Shown here in pieces: positions 56,128 to 64,000 of a DNA stretch of 64,000 nt (position 1 is the first letter of the stretch; every line of letters begins with the position of its first letter). Under the pieces are notes generated by a model. That model saw nothing but the letters and a program-made list of their open reading frames with translations, did no database searches and was not told where the DNA came from. Source of the stretch: Candidatus Zixiibacteriota bacterium. GTDB taxonomy: Bacteria; Zixibacteria; MSB-5A5; GN15; FEB-12. The position numbers and the translations under genes are program-made. Location: positions 65,019 to 129,018 of the forward strand of contig JACZWU010000008.1 of NCBI GenBank assembly GCA_022571985.1. Reading direction: 5' to 3'.

Positions 56128-56766
56128 ATGCCGCAGCAACCGAACATAACCCGCGAGATTGAAATCAAGCTCGACCTGGCCTCGTTTACCAATTATCTCA
56201 AACTGCTGGGATTTTTAGGTCAAATCGAACACGAAGAAAACCAGCAAAACAGTTTCTTTGATACACCGGACGGTAAACTTGCCCAAGCCGGCTGGGCTCT
56301 GCGGGTTCGCTCTGAAAAGAAACAAGGACTGGTCACTATCAAAAGCATTCCGGCCAAACCGGGACTGGCCGTAATACGGCAGGAAATTGAAACAGTCATC
56401 CCCAAACGCGACGCCATTGATATCTTAAACGGACAGATGGATCTGATGAGTCTGGAGATCATGCCCATTGACTATATCAAGAATAATTTCGGCATCAAAA
56501 AGGTTGAGGGACTGGTCAAGTTTGACAACCTGCGTCAGAAAAAACTTTTCAAGATTGAAGATTCCAACTACATGCTGGAGATTGACAAGACCGAATTCAG
56601 CGACGGCTCCAACGACTACGAACTTGAACTGGAACTGTCGGACACCGGACGCATCGATGATGTCGAAGTTGCTTTGCGCCGTCTTTTTTCGCAGCTTGAT
56701 ATCCCCTTTGTCAGACAGACCGAAAGTAAGTTCGCCCGCGCTTTAAAAAAAGCCGGCATCCACTAA
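56128..56766 (+). CDS. CYTH-domain protein (triphosphate tunnel metalloenzyme)
   Basis: N-terminal EIEIKL signature and alternating acidic/basic beta strands (YELELELSD). Confidence 0.75.
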   Translation: MPQQPNITREIEIKLDLASFTNYLKLLGFLGQIEHEENQQNSFFDTPDGKLAQAGWALRVRSEKKQGLVTIKSIPAKPGLAVIRQEIETVIPKRDAIDILNGQMDLMSLEIMPIDYIKNNFGIKKVEGLVKFDNLRQKKLFKIEDSNYMLEIDKTEFSDGSNDYELELELSDTGRIDDVEVALRRLFSQLDIPFVRQTESKFARALKKAGIH

Positions 56767-56946
56767 GCTGCATTTTAAGTAATCCGAACGTCTGAGTCTC
56801 CTGCTAAACGGGCAGTAAAGAACTCCCCTCCAACAATTGTGTATAAAATCATATATTTTGGTTGACATTGAATTGAAAATGTCAATTTCTGAAATATAGG
56901 GTTGTAATATTTTTATTTTCGAAATCAAACTATCTGGAGGTCGTTT

Positions 56947-57975
56947 ATGAAACCTCGTTTATTAGCACTTCTACTGCTGATAACTCTTATTAGCAGCTAT
57001 AGTCTTGCCCTGGATTACAAAATAACGAGTGTAATCGAAGTCGGTGAAGCCGATTTCACCCCATTTATAGATCCACTAATATGGTCGCCGGACGGCACCA
57101 TGCTTGCTTTTACCAAGGGCAGGGTAATCAAGATATCTGATACTCTGGGCAATGTCCGGGATGTCATCAAACTTGAAAGGGCACCCCACAGATATGGCTG
57201 GGTATCAAATAATCAGATTGCGGTACATATGAGGAGATTTACGGGGAATGGCCCTGAAACAGTCGAGGAATTGAGCTTAGTCAATACTTCGGCAAACTCC
57301 AAATCTGTTATTCATGGCTTTACTTTAGAGCGCAATTACCGTGAAATTCCAGGGAAGACTTATTCGGACGGCCCCTATTCTACTGTTGAAGGAAACAAGT
57401 ATTATCGCTTCACGAGATTTGATTCCCGCGATAAAAATGCAGATAAAATAGAACGCCGCCCCTTTATTGGCAACAAGAGCGACGCTCTGAGAAACGACCA
57501 TATTTTGCGCTGGAATGGTGATAATCTGCATAAGGTTAGACTTGATAATAGTGACTCCACCTGGTTGGCAAAAAGACCGGCTTCTGTTCTGGAAGTTACC
57601 GGACGGACTTATATCAACAAAGACCAGAGTCATGTCTTGATAAGCGATGGTGTCATTAATCTCATAGATTCTTCTTTCATAGATTTACAAGAGTTTCTTA
57701 AGCCCTTTCCGCCCAAAACGTTTGGCTGTGGTTTAGTATGGTTTTCCTTTAATCCTGTAGCAACGGAAATCCTATTTACTGTGGCTTGCGATGACGGTCA
57801 TTCCTACGAGGTTTTAAGAATTGGAACTTTCGATTATTTCACCAAGGATTTCAGGATCATCGACATACTTATAAACATACCAAATTGCAAAGCGCCTGTT
57901 TATTCGCCAACCGGGGATAGAATCGCCTTTCTCGCAAACGGAAAGGCATACATCATAAATAGGCAGGTGAACTGA
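56947..57975 (+). CDS. TolB-like beta-propeller protein, secreted
   Basis: GGAGG SD and a signal peptide. WSPDGTMLAF and YSPTGDRIAFLANG repeats. Confidence 0.7.
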   Translation: MKPRLLALLLLITLISSYSLALDYKITSVIEVGEADFTPFIDPLIWSPDGTMLAFTKGRVIKISDTLGNVRDVIKLERAPHRYGWVSNNQIAVHMRRFTGNGPETVEELSLVNTSANSKSVIHGFTLERNYREIPGKTYSDGPYSTVEGNKYYRFTRFDSRDKNADKIERRPFIGNKSDALRNDHILRWNGDNLHKVRLDNSDSTWLAKRPASVLEVTGRTYINKDQSHVLISDGVINLIDSSFIDLQEFLKPFPPKTFGCGLVWFSFNPVATEILFTVACDDGHSYEVLRIGTFDYFTKDFRIIDILINIPNCKAPVYSPTGDRIAFLANGKAYIINRQVN

Positions 57976-60900
57976 TGGCAATTAGATTGTTAATCGTTCT
58001 GTTAATCGCAAATTGTGTTCTATTGTCGTCTGTTTTAGCGAATTCTGAACCTCTTGTTGTCGACGTTTATATCGACCCCGGTCATGGCGGGACAGACCAC
58101 GGTACGCTCGGTGCCTATACGGACACTAATTACTCCGAAAAGGATGTCAATCTTGAAATAGCCTTAGAGTTAAAGGACCGCTTAGACTTAAGTAGTTATA
58201 CTTATATTTTCTCCAGGGTTACTGACAAATTTGTGCCTTTACCAAAAAGGGCAAGCGATGCTATGAACAGTAATGCACAGGCGTTTATATCCATCCATCA
58301 CAATGCCAGCACTAATCCTTACGTACAGCATACTCTGGCTTTCTATTGTTCAACAGCTTTTGTTCAGGATACGAATCTCATAATTGAGAGAAATACTGAT
58401 AATAAATTAGCCCACAAAAGCGCACTTAAGATTAGTCAATTACTTGGACATGTATTGGGCAGTGGCACGCCTCAAGGAGTGAGACATGCGAATTTTGATG
58501 TATTAAAGCGAACATCAATGGCATCAACATTAATTGAAGCTTCTTTTATAACCGATTCTGCTGAAGAACAAAGGTTCTTACTTAATCTAAATTTCCATAG
58601 AGATCGAGAAGCAATTGGAATATTTGACGCTTACGACAGCTGGGTAAAAGGACAGGGGTTTGGTAAAGTAGATTATGCTTATGCAGGGCAAGTTGCAAGT
58701 GATTCACAGGAAGTAAGCATTACAGATTTTTTAATTGAATATTTTAACTTAAATGACACAACTTTTGCACCGTATCTAGGAGTCTGGAACCTTGACCATG
58801 AAATCCGTTTAGAGGCACTTAACTTCTCTCAAAGCGGGTATAATTACCAGTTTCATCACTGGGAGCACAAGAACCATTTTGATTCAACGATTATTTTCTC
58901 ATATCCGGTTGGAAATCCAGTATGGCAGTTTTTCGTAGATTCTGCGCAGGACAGCACCCACTGGTATGTTGGGTATTTCAGCGGCGGCGAGTTTGAAGTT
59001 TATACCGACCCCATAAGTCAAAAGTATGTCGGCGGGATTGATACAATAAGGTGGTTCTGCAACCCCGGAGTAGAAAGCAGCGGCCAGGTAGTCATAGAAA
59101 TAAGAAGAGATACTCTGAGCCAATGGGAATTAATAGATACTGTCGCATACAGCGGAATAGACAGCAGTTTTTCTTATCCCTGGACAGTAACAGGACCGGC
59201 AACGCAGACGGCAATGTTCCGGTTTTTGGCATATGATTATGTAGATAACAAAGATACGTTTTCAGTCTATACCTTTGTTATCTGCGACACTACCGTAGAT
59301 AACGACTGCGACGGCTTGATTGACGGAGTTGACAATTGCCCGGACAACTATAACCCGCTTCAGATTGACATAGACGGTGATGGTGTGGGTGATTCATGCG
59401 ATAATTGCCAGTATGCCAATAATCCAAATCAAACAAACACGGATTTTGACAACTGGGGCGATGCCTGTGACAACTGCCCAAATACTTTTCAAGTAAATCA
59501 ATTAAATCTTGATGGTGATACCCTTGGAGATTGGTGTGATAACTGTATAGATTTCGCTAATGATGACCAGTTAGACACTGACGGTGATGGAGTTGGTGAT
59601 TCATGCGACAACTGTATTTTTGTATACAACTCTTTTCAATTTGATGTTGATGGTGACGGTATCGGCGATTCTTGTGATAATTTTAACAATTTGGAACGTG
59701 TATATAGTTTTGAGCAGAATCTAGTCGCTAATTGTATCATTCAAACAGTCGACTCAACTTACGTCCTATGCGGATATACGGGATCATCATCTAACGGTTA
59801 TGATATCAACTTACATAGACAGAGTGAATTCGGCTTTCTTTTTTGGAATCGGTATTACGGGGGTATTGGGACAAGTATAGCGAACTGCTTAAGCCCTACC
59901 TCTGATTCTGGATTTGTAATTGTAGGCAAAACAAACACCTATGGGTCCTTTGATGATTGGGATTTTGATATGTATTTGATTAAAACGAACAAATCAGGAT
60001 TGGCACCGCTAATTGGAACATACGGGACTGAAAACGAAGAAACTGCATTATCCGTTATGCAAACCAGTGACGGCGGTTTTATTCTTGCTGGCTATGTGAC
60101 GGCTCGCGGCACCAGCTATCCCAAGGAAATGTACATTGTAAAAACGGATTCCAATGCTGTTCTCGAATGGTCTCGAGTATTCGGGGGCTCGGACTTTGAC
60201 GAAGCAAATTCCATTCTTCAAACATCCGATAGTGGCTATATCGTATTTGGGACTCGAGCGTACCCTGATTCTAATAACCTTGATTTCAATTTAATGAAGC
60301 TCGACGCAAACGGTGATTCCGTTTGGGCAAAAAGATACGGTTCTACAGCCAGCGAATTTGCAACTTCTCTGACTCAAACAAGTGATGGCGGCTATTTATT
60401 GGCCGGATATTCAAATCTAATCGTCCCGCCCTATACAATCATATATCTGGTGAGAACTGATCCATTGGGAAATTCCATTTGGACCTCGAATGTCGGAGGT
60501 GACATATTTGCTTTAGCAAGATCCGTCAAGGAGTTGCCTGACAGAGGGTTTATTATTGCCGGAGGGACTATCAATTTGACCGCAGATATTTATGTCATTC
60601 GTACTTACTATACTGGCGATACTGTCTGGACAAGAACATACGGCGATGCTATCAAGGATGAATCGGCAAACTCATTAGAGCTTACGTATGACGGTGGATT
60701 CGTCATTGCAGGAACTTCCAAACCAAATCCAAATCCAAGCGATTATGATAGTGTATATGTGGTCAAAGATGGGCCGCTGGAACTATTATCCTGCTGTTTA
60801 GATACAACCGGCAACGTCGATTTTGATCTTAAGGACCAGTGCAATGTATTGGATCTTGAATACCTTGTTGATTTTATTTATAGGGGCGGGCCGCCGGCAC

Positions 60901-61019
60901 CTTGTCCGGAAGAGGCTGACTTAGACGGCGACGGCGCGTCCGCAACCATCTTGGATCTTACATTTATTATCGATTTTATTTTCAGAGGCGGACCCAGGCC
61001 GAGCCATCTTTGCGATTAA
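57975..61019 (+). CDS. multidomain surface protein: Amidase_3 (N-acetylmuramoyl-L-alanine amidase) - TSP3 calcium-binding repeats - repeat/propeller region - dockerin-like C-terminus
   Basis: TGATG overlap with the upstream gene. DPGHGGTDHGT, SIHHNAS and LIEASFITD (Amidase_3). Six or so DxDxDGxxDxCDNC units follow (59.29-59.68 kb), then repeated TSDGG(F/Y)(I/L)LAGY blades. The C-terminus is CCLDTTGNVDFD.. / DLDGDGASATILDLTFIIDFIFRGGP. Confidence 0.8.
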   Translation: MAIRLLIVLLIANCVLLSSVLANSEPLVVDVYIDPGHGGTDHGTLGAYTDTNYSEKDVNLEIALELKDRLDLSSYTYIFSRVTDKFVPLPKRASDAMNSNAQAFISIHHNASTNPYVQHTLAFYCSTAFVQDTNLIIERNTDNKLAHKSALKISQLLGHVLGSGTPQGVRHANFDVLKRTSMASTLIEASFITDSAEEQRFLLNLNFHRDREAIGIFDAYDSWVKGQGFGKVDYAYAGQVASDSQEVSITDFLIEYFNLNDTTFAPYLGVWNLDHEIRLEALNFSQSGYNYQFHHWEHKNHFDSTIIFSYPVGNPVWQFFVDSAQDSTHWYVGYFSGGEFEVYTDPISQKYVGGIDTIRWFCNPGVESSGQVVIEIRRDTLSQWELIDTVAYSGIDSSFSYPWTVTGPATQTAMFRFLAYDYVDNKDTFSVYTFVICDTTVDNDCDGLIDGVDNCPDNYNPLQIDIDGDGVGDSCDNCQYANNPNQTNTDFDNWGDACDNCPNTFQVNQLNLDGDTLGDWCDNCIDFANDDQLDTDGDGVGDSCDNCIFVYNSFQFDVDGDGIGDSCDNFNNLERVYSFEQNLVANCIIQTVDSTYVLCGYTGSSSNGYDINLHRQSEFGFLFWNRYYGGIGTSIANCLSPTSDSGFVIVGKTNTYGSFDDWDFDMYLIKTNKSGLAPLIGTYGTENEETALSVMQTSDGGFILAGYVTARGTSYPKEMYIVKTDSNAVLEWSRVFGGSDFDEANSILQTSDSGYIVFGTRAYPDSNNLDFNLMKLDANGDSVWAKRYGSTASEFATSLTQTSDGGYLLAGYSNLIVPPYTIIYLVRTDPLGNSIWTSNVGGDIFALARSVKELPDRGFIIAGGTINLTADIYVIRTYYTGDTVWTRTYGDAIKDESANSLELTYDGGFVIAGTSKPNPNPSDYDSVYVVKDGPLELLSCCLDTTGNVDFDLKDQCNVLDLEYLVDFIYRGGPPAPCPEEADLDGDGASATILDLTFIIDFIFRGGPRPSHLCD

Positions 61020-61047
61020 CTAAATGCGCTATGTCGACTCTGCCCAT

Positions 61048-62016
61048 TTACAGAATCAGCCAGAAGAGATCGGTGTAGCCGCGTCTTGAACCGCCTAAAG
61101 TGAATTTGTCCTGGTTATCAAAAAGTCCGATGCGAAATTGCACCGAGTCCGCCATGACCAAATCTTCGGAATAAGTAGTATTTAGTTTTCTTTTTAGAAC
61201 AACAGTTATCTTTTCATTTACAGTATCAAAAGCAGAGACCGTAAAAATATCCCAACGACTTTCGGGAAACGATTGCACAGTGTTTCTAACATTTGTATCT
61301 ATATAATATCCTGGAATTATATGACCTACAGTCCAATTAGTATCACCGGTATATCTATCAAATCCACTGGTGTCTTCTTTGTATAATATCTCTCCTGTAA
61401 AGGCAGAACTGTCTTTGTGCGCCCATTTAGGTCTGCTATTTACTTCTGTATTATCCCATACTACTTTTTGCGCACCAGAATCTGTGACAAGTATAGTGTC
61501 ATTTATTAGGGTTCTGCCCTCAGCTAATCCTGCCGGAGCAGTTTCAAGCGAGCGCCAATGCCAAACATCAAGATCCCCATTGGGCAACCCTGAAAACATC
61601 ACAAATAACTGATCTTCATGAGAAGTAGGATCGCGCTCAAAATTCAAGAAACCAGACGGAGAAAGGACATAGTGATTCTTCAACAAATTCAAATCATTGT
61701 CATCAAATTCGACTCTCAGATACAATTCACCGCCGCTGACTATGGCTTTGACTCGGACTGAATCGCTAACCGCGCTTGAGGCCGGAGCCGGCAGTTTTGG
61801 GCTGTTCTGGGTGGAGATATCGAGAGTGAACTCAGTGACGTTAGCCCAGATTGTTTCATCGACCGACGATAGTGTGGGTGCGCCGACCGCTGTATTGGCG
61901 ACCACTCTGACCGGCGGCGGCGGCGGGGGCGGTTCGGTTGGTGTCGGATCGTCGCTGCTGCAACCGCTCCAGACAGCCAGAGACAATATTACTGCGATAG
62001 GAATTAGCTTTTTCAT
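61048..62016 (-). CDS. lipoprotein with ethylbenzene-dehydrogenase-like (EB_dh/DOMON-type) domain
   Basis: ORF 61048..62079 trimmed to the ATG 7 nt after AGGAGA. Lipobox LAVWSGC. VRVKAIVSGGELYLRVEFDD and DVWHWRS resemble EB_dh heme-binding-domain motifs. Confidence 0.55.
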   Translation of the reverse strand: MKKLIPIAVILSLAVWSGCSSDDPTPTEPPPPPPPVRVVANTAVGAPTLSSVDETIWANVTEFTLDISTQNSPKLPAPASSAVSDSVRVKAIVSGGELYLRVEFDDNDLNLLKNHYVLSPSGFLNFERDPTSHEDQLFVMFSGLPNGDLDVWHWRSLETAPAGLAEGRTLINDTILVTDSGAQKVVWDNTEVNSRPKWAHKDSSAFTGEILYKEDTSGFDRYTGDTNWTVGHIIPGYYIDTNVRNTVQSFPESRWDIFTVSAFDTVNEKITVVLKRKLNTTYSEDLVMADSVQFRIGLFDNQDKFTLGGSRRGYTDLFWLIL

Positions 62017-62103
62017 TGATATTTCTCCTGAAAATTTGCCGATAACATCTAACCTGTAACAGGCCTGTAAGATAAGCAAAAACAGCCAAATTTGAAAGCG
62101 AAA

Positions 62104-63852
62104 TCAGGCGGTTCTCTTGAGAATTACCATAGTCAGGTCGTCAAAGATATGCTCTGAAGCTGCATATTCACAGACGCTGTCAACTATGTTTTTGAGCATC
62201 TCTGCTGAACCGTTCTGGCTATGCTCTTTTATAGCAGCTATGAGCCTGGCCTCGCCGAATTCCCGTCCTTTTTCATCAAAAACCTCGGTGACGCCGTCGG
62301 TATAAAAGACAATTAACTCTCCAGGCTTTAGCTCAACCTGCCCCTGCCTGTATTTTACATCCGGGCTTATTCCCAAAATCTGTCCGCCCTCTTTAAGATA
62401 TTCAATGGTGCCGTCTTCTTTGAGGAAAATTGGCTGATTGTGGCCGCAATTGGCATAAGTGAAAATATGTTTTTTAGAATCGAGCACTCCGTACACCGCA
62501 GATACGAAATTCCCTGCAGTAATAGATTCATACAAGAGCGAGTTTACCTTGCTGCAAATCTCAGAGATTGAATAATTGTTTCTGATTTCAGCTATCAAAG
62601 ACGACCGAAACGAGGCCATAATAATCGCAGCCGGAATCCCTTTACCGGAAACATCCCCAACAGCAACTCCCAGCTGGCTGCCCATAATATTAATAAAGTC
62701 GTAATAGTCGCCGCCAACCTGTTCTGAGGGAATATTTTTTCCGGCAATATCGTAGCCTTCGATAACCGGGTTGGACTCGGGCAGGAAGCTGCGCTGAATC
62801 TCACGGGTGATACTCAGCTGGTTTTCTATCTTTTGTGCGGCTATTATTTTTTGGTGAAGTCTGGTGCGCTCAATACTGATAGCCGCCTGGGTGGCAAAGG
62901 CAGACAAAAGTTCTACCGAATTTTTATCGTAGGCGTTTAAGTTATCCGACTCAAGTGTCAGCACCCCGATAGTATTGCCATTGAGCAAAATTGGTACGAC
63001 AATTTCGCTTTTTGTCTGGGCGTGTGCCTTGACATATTGTTCGTTTGCAGAAACATCGGAAACCACCACCGGCTCTCCTGTCTTGGCCACCTGCCCGATA
63101 AGTCCCTGACCTATTTTTAACTGTAGTTTCCCGGCAGATTCTTCGGCATAACCGACTGTGAAAATCGAGCCTATCTCCATTTTCTCCGGTTCGATTAAAA
63201 ATACGCCGCCCGCTGAATAGTCTATCACCTTGCGCAAAGACGACAATATTTCTTCCAAAAGCTTATCGAGCTCCAATGTGCCGGACAATTTCATGCCGAT
63301 TTCGTACAAGAGATGTTTCTCGAGCGCTTCCTGCCGAACTTTTCTGTAAAGATAAGCGTTGTCGATAGCCACTGCTATCTGATTGGCCAGACCTGTTAAT
63401 ATGTCCAGGTCTACTTCGGTGAACGGTCCGTCCTGGCGGTTGAAGGCTTCAATGACACCTATCATCTGTCCTTTACCGATCAGTGGCACGCTTATTAGTG
63501 ATTTTATTGATACCCCGGCTCTTTCACCTATCTCTTTTTCTACGTCCGATATATCTTCGCACTTATTTACAATTACCGGCTCTTTATACTCAGCAACTTT
63601 ACCGACCACACCCTGCCCGAATTCCTGATAGAAAACTTCAACTTTACAAACCGTACAATTCATAAACCGGATTTTCATATCCGAGCGGCTGTGGTCAACC
63701 CGAAATACTAAAGCAGCCTCGGCCTCTACTGCAGCCGCGACTATCAAAAGCACTTCCTGAATAAGTTCCTCATATTCGAGGGTGGAGTTGAACCTTCGGG
63801 CTGCTTCAAGCAGCAGCTTTTCTATTCGGGTATGTGCGGTGTTTGGTGACAT
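62104..63852 (-). CDS. GAF-GAF-PP2C (SpoIIE/RsbU-type) serine/threonine phosphatase
   Basis: Two GAF-like halves, then GGDYYDF, VGDVSGKG and FYTDGVTE PP2C motifs. Confidence 0.85.
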   Translation of the reverse strand: MSPNTAHTRIEKLLLEAARRFNSTLEYEELIQEVLLIVAAAVEAEAALVFRVDHSRSDMKIRFMNCTVCKVEVFYQEFGQGVVGKVAEYKEPVIVNKCEDISDVEKEIGERAGVSIKSLISVPLIGKGQMIGVIEAFNRQDGPFTEVDLDILTGLANQIAVAIDNAYLYRKVRQEALEKHLLYEIGMKLSGTLELDKLLEEILSSLRKVIDYSAGGVFLIEPEKMEIGSIFTVGYAEESAGKLQLKIGQGLIGQVAKTGEPVVVSDVSANEQYVKAHAQTKSEIVVPILLNGNTIGVLTLESDNLNAYDKNSVELLSAFATQAAISIERTRLHQKIIAAQKIENQLSITREIQRSFLPESNPVIEGYDIAGKNIPSEQVGGDYYDFINIMGSQLGVAVGDVSGKGIPAAIIMASFRSSLIAEIRNNYSISEICSKVNSLLYESITAGNFVSAVYGVLDSKKHIFTYANCGHNQPIFLKEDGTIEYLKEGGQILGISPDVKYRQGQVELKPGELIVFYTDGVTEVFDEKGREFGEARLIAAIKEHSQNGSAEMLKNIVDSVCEYAASEHIFDDLTMVILKRTA

Positions 63853-64000
63853 GGGCTTCTTTCATAATAAGAAGATGGCTCGAACACAAGAGTTTTTGAG
63901 AGTAAGCAATAGAATCACTCAATCGCCTGTTTAGATGCGGTAGTAGAATGTATTTTAGACTTAGAAACAGAAAGCTGAGCATCATATTGAATTCGAGGCC

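Overview
This is a 64-kb window from what looks like an uncultivated diderm bacterium. The evidence is a TonB-dependent receptor, an usher-like outer-membrane protein, an LpxD-like acyltransferase, and a dockerin-like/TSP3-repeat surface protein. The lineage cannot be fixed from the sequence alone, and GC looks mid-40s % by eye. I support about 55 CDS, one tRNA-Ser(CGA), and several hairpin terminators and repeats. I found no rRNA, CRISPR array, transposase or integrase. Housekeeping blocks are lepB-hemW-tadA (minus strand, 36.8-39.2 kb), htpX / YqaA-like / rlmD (43.5-46.6 kb) and yajC-def-fmt-rng (52.6-56.1 kb). The accessory content worth a second look is: (1) 12.5-20.5 kb, seven tandem small secreted genes (six with DUF4402/SCPU-like pilin features) behind a sigma-54-type promoter, followed by a PapD-like chaperone and an usher-like protein. 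(2) 1.2-3.6 kb, an AT-richer cyclooxygenase-like heme peroxidase gene bracketed by about 210-bp direct repeats made from a duplicated DinB gene 5' end. (3) 32.7-35.0 kb, a translationally coupled EgtB/SenA-like plus SenB-like glycosyltransferase pair with no SelD/SenC nearby. (4) 50.0-52.2 kb, a low-GC two-gene islet (Schlafen/AlbA_2-like plus DUF5677-like) flanked by an odd C-free tract and a hairpin-dense 220-nt non-coding stretch. Also notable are three tandem 4-TM paralogs coupled to tadA, a tandemly duplicated double TonB-C gene, a glutamate-type transporter with a roughly 350-aa disordered charged tail, a 1014-aa amidase-TSP3-propeller-dockerin-like protein, and a small family of related GTAGGTCAG-type terminator hairpins. 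All family assignments come from motif recognition by eye, not from searches.
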